NCBI RefSeq assembly: GCF_006345805.1
Contig: NC_043013.1
Location: 24,180,001 to 24,244,000, forward strand
Origin: Octopus sinensis
Taxonomy: Eukaryota
Reading direction: 5' to 3'
DNA length: 64,000 nt
Positions 1 through 12,322 of this stretch are shown here, in pieces (positions within the stretch are counted from its first letter, which is position 1; every line of letters starts with the position of its first letter). Under the pieces are notes generated by a model. The model was not told the origin of the DNA. It worked only from the letters and a program-made list of their open reading frames with translations, and did no database searches. The position numbers were made by a program, and so were the translations under genes.

Positions 1-59
1 ATCAACCGAACAAGTTCTGATCCATAGGTCCATTTTCCCAGTTATGTTTTCGCCAAACT

Positions 60-1295
60 GAGGACCATGCTGCCTCCTCCGATATTCAATAATGAATTGT
101 ATAAGATAACAGTGACAAGCTGAGCGCATGGTATTCTCTGCTTTGTACGCTCGCATATTCTGGTGGTAGCCACAGCGGCGGTCACTGCACTAACAAACTG
201 CGTATATTATTGTGTGTTCTCTCAAGTTTTTTTTTTTAACTTTCAATGTGAGTCTGTGGTTGCTGAACATTTATGCGCCGAATAATTTCCTTTTCTGTGC
301 TCTATGTGTATGCTGTTGAGTGTGACGGTTGCTTGTATTTGATGTTCGTTGGCGTTGCTCGTAAGAACGGAAAGTGATAAGTGATGCTTTCAATCTATCG
401 TTGTAGAGCCATGTTTCTTGGTAAATGAAATAGCGTTGGTGAAGTTATGGAAAAGTATATGAATAATAATGGTGGAAAAGATGTGAATGCCTTGTTAGCT
501 GTGTATGAAACTGTCTGCATGTTTTGCAGCGGTGCGCAGAGATAGTGTAGGTATAGGTTGGAAAGAGTGGGTAAGTGAACGAACCCTTGTAGTACTCCAG
601 TTGAGAATTACTGCTTTTGGAAGTATTGTTCTTGTAATACTACAGAGGCTTTTGGCCAGAGACAAATAGCTTGCCAGTCAAAGTTTTATGTTGTTTCCTA
701 AGATAGGGTTGAGTATTGTTTTGAATGAGTAACAAGAAAGAAATGGAGTCAAGAGCTTTGCTGATGTCAATGGTTGTTAGAATGTTAAGTGTCGGAGACT
801 TTTAGTTGTTGAAATCATTGTGTATTTTCTGTGATATGTTTGAAAGTGGTTGAGTGTAATAGTTTGAACCTGTGATCTAGAGATATGAATGCGTGGATTA
901 AAGAAGTCAAGGATTAGCTATTTCTGGAATCTCCGAGAGAGTGCACAGGAGTGATAAGTGTGTATGAAATTGTTTCACTTAAGTTTTTGTTGGTCTTTAG
1001 AATAGTTACAATTTTACTCAATTCCTGGTAATTCTGAGAATTTGTAAGGAATCATGGGTTTATGTTTAAGATTTGTTTGGCCTGAGACGTTTGAACTTTA
1101 TAGATTTTTTACAGCCTTATGAATGCCTGGTGGGAGTGAATCGTAGGGTAGTTTGCAAGTTGTTCTCTTGTCTACTTTATAATTCTTGGTGACTGATTTT
1201 CGAGCTATCTCTGATAAAGCTCGTTTATTTGTTGTAGCATGTGTTAAATATTTGAAGTTGTTATGTGACAAGGTGTTTGGTATATCCATTGTTAT
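60..1295 (-). mobile_element. Degenerate APE-type non-LTR retrotransposon, RT region (I/Jockey-like group)
   Basis: Minus-strand translation gives LTTIDISKALDSI (RT DxSKAFD motif) and STGVLQGFVHLPTL (GVPQGSVLSPTL motif), with many stops and frameshifts. Boundaries approximate. Confidence 0.7.
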
Positions 1296-1451
1296 TATTA
1301 TTGATGCTACGTAAATACTCTCTCTGTCTTTTTCTCTCCCTCCCTCCCCCTCTCACTCTTTCTCTCTCTCTCCCTCTAGTGTCTGACTGGTAGATTTGTA
1401 GGTTATATTCGATACAAATGTTTATTAATTTTCTGTTCTTTTTATATTTTA

Positions 1452-3178
1452 TTAGATGCCAAGAACCCTCCTAAGTATTTTAGCTGTCCCTGATAACACT
1501 GTTTACTGCAGCTGTACTAAACTGGATTTTCATGTCTGTTTCTTCTATCCATCTGTTCAAATCCTTAGGGATAGTTCCCAATGCACCTATAACTACTGGG
1601 ATACATTTAATCTGCACACTTTCCATTGTCTCTGTAATTCAATGGTCAGATCCTGGTGCTTTGCTATCTTCTCTCTACCTCTCATATTGATTTTTTAAAA
1701 TCATTTGGGACTGCAAAGTCAATCATCTGGCGCTTACTATTCTCTTTATCTACTTCTACTACTGCTGCTGTTACAACAACAACTACTACTACTACTACTA
1801 GTAGTAGTAGTAGTAGTAAATAAGGCCCTCTAGCGTCTATTACACTGCCAGTCTCAATGTTAAAGTCCCACAACAACTTATATTTCTTACTTTCTAGTAC
1901 TTCACTAGGTTCATGTTCATACCATTTATCAGTACGTTCAAATCCTAGCTTTCTACATAACTCCCAGTTGTCATGTCTTTTGTATTCTTTCTGTGCGAGC
2001 ATGCTACATTCAATTACTATATGAGTAACACTTTCCACTTTCGATTTGCATAACCTACATTGAGTACCTACTTATCTGTCTTGGCGTTTATCCAATTAGT
2101 CATTAATGCTTGATCTTATGCTGCTACTAACAAACTTTCTGTCTCCCGTTTCAACTTTCTTTTCTGCAACCATAACAATGTCTCACTATTACTATTTGTT
2201 GCAACTATCTTTAGAAGTCTACCCTGCAGAACTTTTGTTCTTTTTCTGGTTTTTAACTTCGTTTGGCTTTTTGGTTTCTCTATGTCCTGTTATGACTCCA
2301 GCAACTTTTAATAAACTTTATTCACTATTACCAGCATAGGAGTCTGTATCTACTCTAGCTAACTCCACACAGTCTTCTACTGATATTAAACCTTTTACCT
2401 GCCTTTCCAGGTAAATATAATCTTGCTACTCCTGCCCTTGGGTGGAGACCTCCGTTCATATTAAATTGCTTTCTAGTTCTTCTGTCTAAATTTGCTAATT
2501 CAGTATTTGTTCAATCTACAAAAGGTGCTGAGTATCTAAGTAATGGTACTGCCCAAGTATTTACAGCCTTCACTAGATTTGGACCATTTAGCTTTGATTT
2601 CATCAGCTTCCCTTCTGATGTACTCCTTCTCAGTTTTCGTTTTCATTTCTGTAGTTAGTAATCTGTCAGATTCTAATACTCTCTCTTTCTTACAACGATT
2701 TCAACGTCTGGTCATCAGATAATTAGATGCCTTCACTGTTGACTACCTATCCCTTTTTCCGACATATTGCATACTTATCTATACCAAATCCCATGCCTAT
2801 ATCTTTGCTGAAGAGCCTTACAGTTTTTATTAAGGAATCTAACTCTTTTTCATTCTTACTAAAAAATTTCGGATCATCCATGTAGAGCAAATGGTTAATT
2901 TTCCCTTACTATTTCTGAACTGAACGAATACCCTGCCTTTGCCTTCTTAAATACTAAACTGAAGGTGCTCAAACATAAGACAAATATTAAAGGGGATAAC
3001 GAGTCTCCCTGAAAAATTCCTCCCTCGATATTAACTTTCCCTAAGGCAGTGTTACCTGAGTAGAGATCTACTTGCCATTTCTTCATGCTAAAGTTAATTC
3101 TGTTATGTTGTCTGCTAATTCATTCCCTCATGTCTGCAATACTGAATATACTCAAACATTCCCTTATCCATGAGTGTG
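1452..3178 (-). mobile_element. Old, disrupted R4/Dong-clade (RLE) LINE fragment
   Basis: PHSWIRECL, GIFQGDSLSPLIFVLCL, ESVTHIVIECSMLAQKEYKRHD, LLWDFNIET, MIDFAVPND, ending KILRRVLGI* (stop 1452-1454). Frameshifted. Confidence 0.8.
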
Positions 3179-3409
3179 GATTATTTTTATTATTATTGGG
3201 AATCGGAGTGACCAGGATGTATGGGGTTGCCTGGTTGTCCTTGGGTGGAACTCACCTCTATTGGGGAATTTTGCTATGTTTTTTAAACTGTTTTGTTTCT
3301 ATTGTTTACACGTTTTCCTGTTTTAAACCCCGCTTGTCTCTTGTTTTGCATTGTCCCTCTATGTTTTTGTGTTCGGCCATTGTGGCCAATAAAGAAAGGA
3401 TTATTGTTG

Positions 3410-3519
<110 letters not shown>

Positions 3520-5207
3520 TTTTTTTCTTCTTTCAAATTTTCTTCCATTTCTTGCCGAGTGTCTTCCCGACTCCTAGGGCAAAGAAACTCATAGTGTATA
3601 TTGGTAGGCCATTAAACCAAACTCAGTAGTTCGTTCATTTTTTTTTTTTTTTTTTTTTTAAAGTTAAATTAAAATACATGAGCAGCAACAGTTCTCACAT
3701 CGACAATGCTCTTCTCAATACGTGTGATGTACCAGTTAAGACAATCTTTTGCACTTCTTGCAGGGATGGTAAGCCAGGGATCATTCTCATATAATTTTCG
3801 GTTCCCTTCTTGATCATTCCTAGTGCTCCTACGATCATTGGTATTGTAACCGCCTTGAGATGCCACATTTTCTCAATTTCAATGAGTAGGTCTTTATATT
3901 TTCTGAGCTTGTCAAACTCTTTCGCTGAGATATTATGATCACAGGGGATGCTCATGTCGATCAATAAGCAAACTTTATTGTTTTGGTCTTTCACAACAAT
4001 ATCTGGTTTATTGGCCTTGATGGTTCGGTCTGTATGTACTGGAAAGTCCCACAGAATGGTTACATTTTCTCCTTCAGTTACAGCCTCAGGGTGGTGATTA
4101 TACCACTTGTCGGCAGTTTTGATATTGTAATGCCGACTTATTAGCCAGTGGAGATATTGGCCAACTCTGTCATGTCTTAATTTATACTCCACCGGTGCTA
4201 AGACTTTACATCCAGAGATTAGGTAGTCCACTGTTTCAATCATGACGTTGCAGAATCGGCATTTTGGGTCTGCTCCATTTTTCATCACATTGGCCTGGTA
4301 GTTCCGGGTTGATAGGCTTTGGTCTTGAGCAGCCAGGATGAAACCTTCACTCTCTGCTTTTAGCCCTGAGCTCCGCAGCCACTGATGGGTTTGCGTCTGG
4401 TCAACATCAGCTTGTTTGCTGCGGGTCACATATTTGCCGTGCAGAGGTTTCTCCTCCCACCTATCAGCCAATTGCTCGTGCGCTTTTTTCATTGCCATCA
4501 TTTTCACCTTCTTTGCAACAATAGTTGCCGTACTTCCCTCGGGTTGTTCAGTTTGGGTATCCTGCACGAGATCAATAGCAACTTTTTTGCTTTCCTTGAT
4601 GATAGAATGAAGCTTCTTTCGTCTCTCGTGATTTTCCACGAGCTTTAGCATCCAGTCATTCGATATTTCGAGATATTTGGCCAGTCCAATTGTGGTTGTT
4701 TTGTAAGCTAGTTCAAATTGGATCAGGCCTCGACCTCCTTGGGCTCTGGGAAGGTAAAGGCGATCTACGTCTGCCTTTGGGTGGTGCATCCTATTACAAC
4801 TCAGCAGCTTGCGTATTTTTCTATCTATATTCTTTACTTCACTCATATTCCAGTTCAACACATTGTAGCTATAAGTAACAACTGGAACTGCTAGGGAATT
4901 TATAGCTAACACCTTGTTACGTGCATTTAGTTCAGATTTCAGGACTGCACGAACTCTCCTATAACATTCCTTCCTGATTTTCTCTTTCATGCTTGCATGC
5001 TGAATACCAGAGCCTTCATTTATCCCTAAATATTTGTATGTTTGTTCTTGCTCAAGCTCTCTTATGACTGTGTCAACATCTAACACGACTGAATTTGTGG
5101 TCTTCACTTTCCCTTTCTGGAAAGTGGCCTTGGCACACTTCTCAAGTCCAAACTCCATCCCGATGTCATCGCTGAATGCCTTCACGGTGCGCAATAGGCC
5201 TTCAAGT
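3520..5207 (-). mobile_element. Young 5'-truncated R4/Dong-clade LINE with RLE domain
   Basis: Uninterrupted ORF 3695-5194, a ~175-nt 3' UTR, and (TAA)n on both sides. Confidence 0.9.
3695..5194 (-). CDS. R4/Dong LINE ORF fragment: RT C-terminus/thumb, Zn-knuckle, restriction-like endonuclease (499 aa, 5'-truncated)
   Basis: AFSDDIGMEFGLEKCA, YKYLG, CRFCNVMIETVDYLISGC (CCHC with H to Y), PDIVVKD...IDMSIP...K...KY (PD-D-K RLE motif). The frame stays open to the truncation at ~5206. Confidence 0.88.
   Translation of the reverse strand: MRTVKAFSDDIGMEFGLEKCAKATFQKGKVKTTNSVVLDVDTVIRELEQEQTYKYLGINEGSGIQHASMKEKIRKECYRRVRAVLKSELNARNKVLAINSLAVPVVTYSYNVLNWNMSEVKNIDRKIRKLLSCNRMHHPKADVDRLYLPRAQGGRGLIQFELAYKTTTIGLAKYLEISNDWMLKLVENHERRKKLHSIIKESKKVAIDLVQDTQTEQPEGSTATIVAKKVKMMAMKKAHEQLADRWEEKPLHGKYVTRSKQADVDQTQTHQWLRSSGLKAESEGFILAAQDQSLSTRNYQANVMKNGADPKCRFCNVMIETVDYLISGCKVLAPVEYKLRHDRVGQYLHWLISRHYNIKTADKWYNHHPEAVTEGENVTILWDFPVHTDRTIKANKPDIVVKDQNNKVCLLIDMSIPCDHNISAKEFDKLRKYKDLLIEIEKMWHLKAVTIPMIVGALGMIKKGTENYMRMIPGLPSLQEVQKIVLTGTSHVLRRALSM

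Positions 5208-5281
<74 letters not shown>
5208..5281. repeat. (TTA)n microsatellite at the 5' junction of the Dong element
   Basis: Direct reading. Confidence 0.95.
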
Positions 5282-5282
<1 letters not shown>

Positions 5283-5882
5283 GTGTGTTTATGTTGAGTT
5301 TTATTTCAGTTCGTGTTGGTCTTAACGTATTGTGTTCGAGCTTCTCTGGTTTTAATCAGGCTGGCTATTTCTGGCGCACGCGCGCGCGCGTGTTTGTGTG
5401 CTGGGTTTGTATTTTTTAGTTTAACTTGTAGAAAACGTTTATTTTTGGTGTATCTCTAATTCTTTTGTTAAATGGTTGAACTGCAGTCACAATGTGAATG
5501 ACGGAGAGTTTTGCTTTCTCCATTGCTGAGTGAGAGTTGTGATGATAATTGGTAAGTGTCTCAATGAAGGTTGGCGGATTGCTACCAACTGGTTGTAGTA
5601 GACAAGTGTGAGAATCAGAAGGTGGTCTCTTGGGAAGAGTTGCTGTAGTTAGCTTATTGATGTGTGTGCGTGTGCGGGTGTATGTTGATGTAGTTTGTTT
5701 AGAAGAAAATGGAGTCTTGTTATTATGGTATTATGTCACCTCTCTTGATGTCCATTCAACTGTATATTGTGTGCATTGAAGTGTCCCATAATGATGTTAT
5801 GGGCGTGTTGAAGGCGGTAATGGTAGTGGTAGAGCAGGTGCAATATGGAAGGACGACTGGTGAAGATGGAAGAAGTGGTATA
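5282..5882 (-). mobile_element. Degenerate APE endonuclease region of a LINE (probably the same element as 60-1295)
   Basis: HNIIMGHFNAH (GDFNAH motif) and SLRHLPIII (SDHLPI motif) on the minus strand, in the same orientation as and upstream of the RT remnant. Confidence 0.6.
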
Positions 5883-6279
5883 TCTTTATATATAAAAGAG
5901 AGGTTGTGTGCTGTCTGTCTCCTACGATTTAGATTCCTAACTACTCCCACATTTTGCGGTGCAGTTTAACCAAAACCGGGTATCTTATAGTCGTGATTCA
6001 TATCGAGCCCTTCTGGGTATTAGCGCGCATCTACGATGAGTCAACGATTTAAAAAAAAATTTACCATCAATTTTTCCCATTTTTAATGCATTTTTGGCAT
6101 ATATAAGGGAAGTAACTCTCTAAAATTTATTATTAAATCTCAGAACGTAAAAAGCTACAGTAACACCCCCCCCCTTTGTGGTTAGCCATATTGAGATGGC
6201 TATTATACTTTATATCTCTAAAAATGCTTATATAGTTATCTCCCTTACAAACCCGAGCAACGCCGGGCGATACTGCTGG
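5883..6279 (+). mobile_element. Non-autonomous Helitron (~397 bp)
   Basis: A|TCTTTATATATAAAAG 5' end, imperfect 3' hairpin cccgagcaacgccggg, CTGG|T terminus (CTRR), no TSD. Confidence 0.75.
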
Positions 6280-6614
6280 TATATATATATATATAAATGT
6301 TGCTAGTTTTTGTTTTCTTTCGGAAGCGAACGGTTCTTGTGTAATGAACTTTCCTATTAGTTTATGTCGTCAGTAATTATGCACACAGCGACGCCTGGCA
6401 GCATTTCGTCATTGGTTTGTCTGCATTTCATATTATCTTTGTCGTCCAGCTGCATATTGCACTTATTCACTTCGAGAATAGAAAATATTCTGTTGTTATT
6501 GGTGTTGTTATTGACGTTGGTGCTGTTGTTGGAAATGTTGGCGTTGCTAGTGTTGTTCTTGTGGTTGTTGTTGGTGATGATGTTTTTGCTATCATCCTTC
6601 AATAAACTGCTGGT

Positions 6615-7830
6615 TAATCTAAAAGGTTGCCTGGCAAAAGTGTATCACTCGGAAAATGCAAGGGCTTTCAAGGGTTATACAAAGTTTAATATACCTCTGA
6701 TTTTGTGCTCAAATAAGAAGACAAGGATGACTTGAACCTTAGGAAGAGTTGGTTACAATACATATTTTTGTCCTGCAGTAGAAAGTTACAGCATCAAACA
6801 TGGCATTTTTAACAAAACATTGCTCCTCTTAGACAATGCACCAAATCACCAAATCAACTTAAATGAGCTTTCTGATAATGCGAAAGTAGAATATATAGAA
6901 ATATATATATATTTAAGATAGCTAACTTCAAGGCATATCGGAGACATTTCAAATAACGTCCAATAGCAATCTATACGGACGATAAAGTTACCCATAGAGG
7001 TTTCTGAAAGAAGATCAACATTGTGAATACTGTGGGTAACGTTGATGAGTCATGGGACAAAGAGTAACTCTCAACTTTGAGTAATGCTTGAGAAAATACG
7101 TGGCCAGATAGTATCTATGACTTTAATGACTTTACAAGTTTTTCACAGGCATAAAATCTCCATTAAATCCGGAAAGATATTATGACACTTGCAAATGATA
7201 CATGGTTTGAAGAAGTCACAGAAGAGAATGACGTGGTTGGATGATTTATGTTGCACAGAGAAAGTTTATCAGACGAGGCCCTGATGTTGATAGAATAAGA
7301 GCAAACTAAGAATAAAGACGAGAATGCGGAAATTCTGCCAGCTTCACTTGAATTGAGTGCAAACGATAATACTAAAGGCTTGGCACTTATAGGGGGGGGG
7401 GGTCTACAAGGTTTTACTGGTATCAACTCTGATCCCAAATGTAGCATAAAAGTTACCAAAGGAGTTTACAGTGCGCTTCGTTCCTCCACTGAGGAACTGC
7501 ACAAAGAGATTGTGCGCGATAAACGCCAAACAATTTTGGTTATGGTCTCCGCATCGCAGTAGATGTTGATGATGATGATGATGAAGTATAAGGTGGAAGG
7601 TAATGTCCCTCAACTTCATTCCACTCCTACCATCCCTCACTCAATTAGTCAACATCTTTTCTAGTAGAAAAAAGTATTCACGTTACGCGTTTTTCTTCTT
7701 TTTTTTCGAAAAATCCGCCGAAACGCATTACCTTGTAATACGAAATCAATGAGAAAATTAATTTCGTGCTTTGCGCTTTTTTGTTGTGATAAGTTTTTCT
7801 GAAACGTATTACTTACGTGGCGCATGTGGG
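6615..7830 (+). mobile_element. Degenerate Tigger/pogo transposon, DDE region and right end
   Basis: VYHSENARAFKGY...SNKKTRMT, FCPAVESY...LLLLDNAPNH, IANFKAY. Tigger-like terminal sequence (reverse complement cacatgcgccacgtaagtaatacgtttc) near 7830. Confidence 0.75.
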
Positions 7831-8169
7831 GGAAGGGTGATGAATGGATCCTTTATATACATTTATGTGTAAAATCACTAACAATAAAGATTTATCAACG
7901 ACATAATCACATCCTCATTCTTTGCGATTTATATTCTGTGATTTATTTACCGAATTCATTCAGCGTTTAAACATCAGATTTACAAATTGGACAGACGGCA
8001 GAAAGTGAAATAACAACCGATATGCATGACTGTGGCCTTAACTGGAAAATTTTAGTTATCAGAGAGTTTAAAGAGGTATTTGCCTGGTATTTTGAATCCC
8101 TTTTACCTTCGTGTGAGTGTGTGTGTGTGTATGTTGTGTATATACATGCACACGCAAGTATTTGTGTGG

Positions 8170-9575
8170 GTATATAAAATTGAGAATGTGTGTCTGTCTG
8201 TGTGTTTCCCTAAAACTTGAGAACTACACAACCAATTTCATTCAAATTTTACACATGCCTTACTTAGGGTCCATGTAGTTTCATGGGCAAAACAAATGTT
8301 CAACTTCTTGCCTAGGGCGAGCCCATAGCAATATCATATCTTCTCCACTATTTCAGTATTACGTCTTAAAAGTGAAAGAAAAACATTTCTCTATTTTATG
8401 TCAGATACTTTCACTTTAACAATACAAATCAAAGATAATAATAACAATTAAATTATATGTAGTAAGTAATAATTAAAATCAAACTAAAGTATAATATAAT
8501 CGTAACATAACAAAAGTAAAAATAGCAATTGGTATAAAATTGCATCAATGACTTGAACTTGAATAAGTCGTTTCACATGAATGGGAATAAATAAAAAATA
8601 AAATTTAAGTGCAGAAATGGAATAGCTTCAACTGCGTACTGCTTTTTGATTCACCGTAAGGTTTGTTGTTATTATTATTACTGTTTAACTATTGTTATCG
8701 CGTTTGTTGGTTCCTCGTAAGGGAAACGTTGTGTTGCATTTGTTAAATAATTGTAAACTGTAACCCTCCCCCTTTGGGAGAAGGAGCTTTGGTTATTGTT
8801 TAAAAATTGAAGTGTGTCCCTGTTTGGGGAAATTGACAATATTTTCACCGTTTATACGGAAGCATTTTTGTTAGAATGCTTTCGATAGAAGAAAGTCCAA
8901 AAATGAATTTCGCTGCAGCCGTCGGCGGGCGCAAACTCATTAAAATCAAAATGGAAGAAATACAAACCTATTTCGGATTGATCACCGACAAAGACGGTGA
9001 ATCAAGGATAACACCACCAAACGAAATAAAAAATTAGATTAAAGAAAAGACTATTGTCTATAAAGTATACAATGTAGAGAAAAAAAAGATTTGAACATCT
9101 GGAGGAAAGCACCATCGAAAAGTGTCTTGGTGCGACTATGAAAGATATCTAACCAGTGGCGGTAAATTCGCCACAATAGAAGCAAAGTTCGAGTCAACGG
9201 AGCGTGCAAAGGTGTACTCGACTCGAACCTTGCAAAGTGGAAATATTTTATTTTTACCTTTATATCTGGGACGTAGGACGTCACGGATAAAAATTTAAAA
9301 TGTCCCCCCAGAAGTAGAGATAGGCTGCATTGTAGCCACACTTCTATACAAGATACAAATGATCGAAATTGCAAGAGACGGGCCTACAATTCCAGTCTGT
9401 TATATATTTTGAGTATTGTTATCACTAGCGATATCAAGATATAACTTTGTATTTTGTATTTTATGTGTAGATGTATATATATATATAGATGTACATGTAA
9501 TATGTACACATATATATACACATATATACATACATTAGCACTATGACCCGGCAACGCCGGGTCATAATGCTTGTA
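8170..9575 (+). mobile_element. Helitron-like element containing a LINE 5'/ORF1-like fragment
   Basis: 5' TATATAAAATTGAGAATGTGTGTCTGTCTG and 3' perfect hairpin atgacccgg-caacg-ccgggtcat (9543-9565) followed by a degenerate CTAG (cttg|t). Internal 8910-9380 reads MNFAAAVGGRKLIKIK...GNILFLPLYLGRRTSRIKFKNVPPEV across frames. Confidence 0.55.
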
Positions 9576-9669
9576 TATATATATACATCTTCAGTTTATA
9601 GCCTTAATGTATACAAAGTGAATGCAACTAAGCAAATTTCTCAGGTTGATCGCTTTTATTTTCCATTCC

Positions 9670-9671
<2 letters not shown>

Positions 9672-9756
<85 letters not shown>
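9672..9756. repeat. (GA)n microsatellite
   Basis: Direct reading. Confidence 0.95.
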
Positions 9757-9758
<2 letters not shown>

Positions 9759-9950
9759 GTTGAACAGTTTATTTAGCCGAACGAAGGAAAGCAAAATAAA
9801 ACGATTCTGCATTTTTAAGGTGAGCAATTTATATTATGTATTAATCGGATCCAAACCGTTGCGACTTACTGTTTGATTAGATTTGGAGAAACTGAAACAT
9901 GGAAATATTGCCGAGAAGTTTTAATATTAGGTTAATCTTCATCATCAATA

Positions 9951-10084
9951 TCTATAAATCTGAAATGCGAAAAGTTTGTTTGTCTGGTTTTGGCATTGGA
10001 ACGTGTTAAAGGGCACTAGATCCCATCGGATTGACTCCAAAATTTGAGGGACATGTAAAATGGGGTGAGGATGTGAGTGGGCTA
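9951..10084 (+). mobile_element. Helitron-like 5' end leading into the minisatellite
   Basis: A|TCTATAAATCTGAAATGCGAAAAGTTTGTTTGTCTG has the same architecture as the 5' ends at 5883 and 12911. Confidence 0.5.
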
Positions 10085-11336
10085 GTCTCTTTCAACTACA
10101 TTGAGAGACATAACTCACTGAAGTCTCTCTCAAGTACATTGGGAGACATAACTCAGTGAAGTCACTCTCAACTACAATGAGAGACATAACTCAGTGAAGT
10201 CTCTCTCAACTACATTGAGAGACCTAACTCAGTGAAGTCTCTCTCAAGTACATTGGGAGACATAACTCAGTGAAGTCACTCTCAACTACAATGAGAGACA
10301 TAACTCAGTGAAGTCTCTCTCAACTACATTGGGAGACATAACTCAGTGAATTTTCTCTCAAGTACATTGAGAGCATAACTTGTGAAGTCTCTCTCAACTA
10401 CATTGAGACATAACTCAGTGAAGTCTCTCTCAAGTACATTGGGAGACATAACTCAGTGAAGTCACTCTCAACTACAATGAGAGACATAACTCAGTGAAGT
10501 CTCTCTCAACTACATTGGGAGACATAACTCAGTGAATTTTCTCTCAAGTACATTGAGAGCATAACTTGTGAAGTCTCTCTCAAGTACATTGAGAGCATAA
10601 CTTGTGAAGTCTCTCTCAACTACATTGAGACATAACTCAGTGAAGTCTCTCTCAACTACATTGGGAGACATAACTCAGTGAATTCTCTCTCAACTACATT
10701 GAGAGACATAACTCAGTGAAGTCTCTCTCAACTACATTGGGAGATATTACTCAGTGAAGTCTTTCTCAACTACATTGGGAGACATAACTCAAGGAAGTCT
10801 CTCTCAACTACATTGAGAGACATAACTCAGTGAAGTCTCTCTCAACTACATTGGGAGACAAAACTCAGTGAAGTCTCTCTCAACTACATTGAGACATAAC
10901 TCAGTGAAGTCTCTCTCAACTACATTGAGACATAACTCAGTGAAGTCTCTCTCAACTACATTGGGAGATATTACTCAGTGAAGTCTTTCTCAACTACATT
11001 GGGAGACATAACTCAAGGAAGTCTCTCTCAACTACATTGAGACATAACTCAGTGAAGTCTCTCTCAACTACATTGGGAGATATTACTCAGTGAAGTCTTT
11101 CTCAACTACATTGGGAGACATAACTCAAGGAAGTCTCTCTCAACTACATTGAGACATAACTCAGTGAAGTCTCTCTCAACTACATTGAGACATAACTCAG
11201 TGAAGTCTCTCTCAACTACATTGGGAGACATAACTCAGTGAAGTCTCTCTCAACTACATTGGGAGACATAACTCAGTGAAGTCTCTCACAAGTACATTGA
11301 GAGCATAACTCAGTGAATTTTCTCTTCAACTACAAT
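10085..11336. repeat. 36-38 bp minisatellite, ~33 units, with higher-order structure
   Basis: Consensus gtctctctcaactacattg(a/g)gagacataactcagtgaa. Internal inverted repeat tctctcaa-ctaca-ttgagaga. No unique spacers. Confidence 0.95.
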
Positions 11337-12050
11337 GTTTTGAACAGGCTTGTGAGTCTGTCGGTTCTTATTACTTTTCTTAAAGAAAACGAAAGATCCT
11401 TTTCTCTGAGTTGCTGATGTTGCTAGTATTCATATAAAGTTTATTGTATGTAGCCCACACATCAAGCAAGTTTGGTTATCCTTTGCTTTATAACATATGG
11501 CTGCTGTTTGCTCTTGTCTTGGAGATGAGAATTGTTGTTTTAAGAAATTGGGAAATCTTGCGTTAATACGGAAGCGGATGGGTTTTAAGTTGGATTATGA
11601 ATGACATTCTCTGAGTTGCTGATATGTTTTAACGGAAATGTTTGTGTGTGTGTAAGTGGCTGAATTGTCATTGTCATAATGAATTATTTGCACGCTCTCA
11701 ACATAACACTCCAGGAGAAGGATACAATTGTCTTTTGATCTGACTCTCACACATAATTATCAGCTTGCAAGAAACCTATTGCTAAGAAACTTAATTCCCT
11801 TTCTCAGACTTGGTCAGGAAAGTAAATTCATTTCTTGATATTGAAATAAAAGACCAAATACTAGAAGAATACAAAGATTGCTTGATAATTTATGGGTCAG
11901 GTTCGATGACTCGCAGAACGGAAACCTAACTTTGTATTTCTTGTAAATCCGTTCATAGTTGATGTGATAACTGAGAGTTCAATTCTCGAACGGGTGGTTT
12001 CTGAATCCTCTGCTGTGGAAATGGAACTAAACTAATAGAATTTCAGGAGA
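11337..12050 (+). mobile_element. Degenerate hAT (GTF2IRD2/SPIN-like) transposase fragment
   Basis: VLNRLVSLSVLITFLKENERSF, MNYLHALNITLQEKD, FVFLVNPFIVDV, SAVEMEL; interrupted by a ~250-bp segment. Confidence 0.55.
11421..11672 (+). repeat. ~250-bp direct repeat, copy 1 (copy 2 at 13298-13548)
   Basis: Near-identical sequence starting tgctagtattcatataaagtttattgtatgtagc and ending gctgaattgtcattg. Confidence 0.95.
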
Positions 12051-12122
12051 ACTTCTAAAAATGACTCAGAAATACGGGTCTAGTACTGAGTGATGGAAAA
12101 CTCGTGTGTGACTCTATTGTAC

Positions 12123-12322
12123 TTTGGTAATGCTTTGCGGTACTTCGTCTGCCGTTACGTTGTGAGTTCAAATTCCGCCGAGGTCGACTTTGCCTTTCAT
12201 CCTTTCGGGGTCGATAAATTAAGTACCAGTTACGCACTGGGGTTGATGTAATCGACATAATACCTATGTCTGTCCTTGTTTGTCCCCTCTATGTTTAGCC
12301 CCTTGTGGGTAATAAAGAAATA
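12123..12322 (+). mobile_element. tRNA-derived SINE (family B), 5'-truncated
   Basis: Matches the full copy at 52512-52747 (gagttcaaattccgccgaggtcgactttgcc ... agccccttgtggg...aaagaaata). Confidence 0.85.

Noticed and set aside
10085-11336. CRISPR-like array (36-38 bp hairpin repeats)
   Set aside because: Units are directly adjacent with no unique spacers, there are no cas genes, and the context is eukaryotic. It is a minisatellite.
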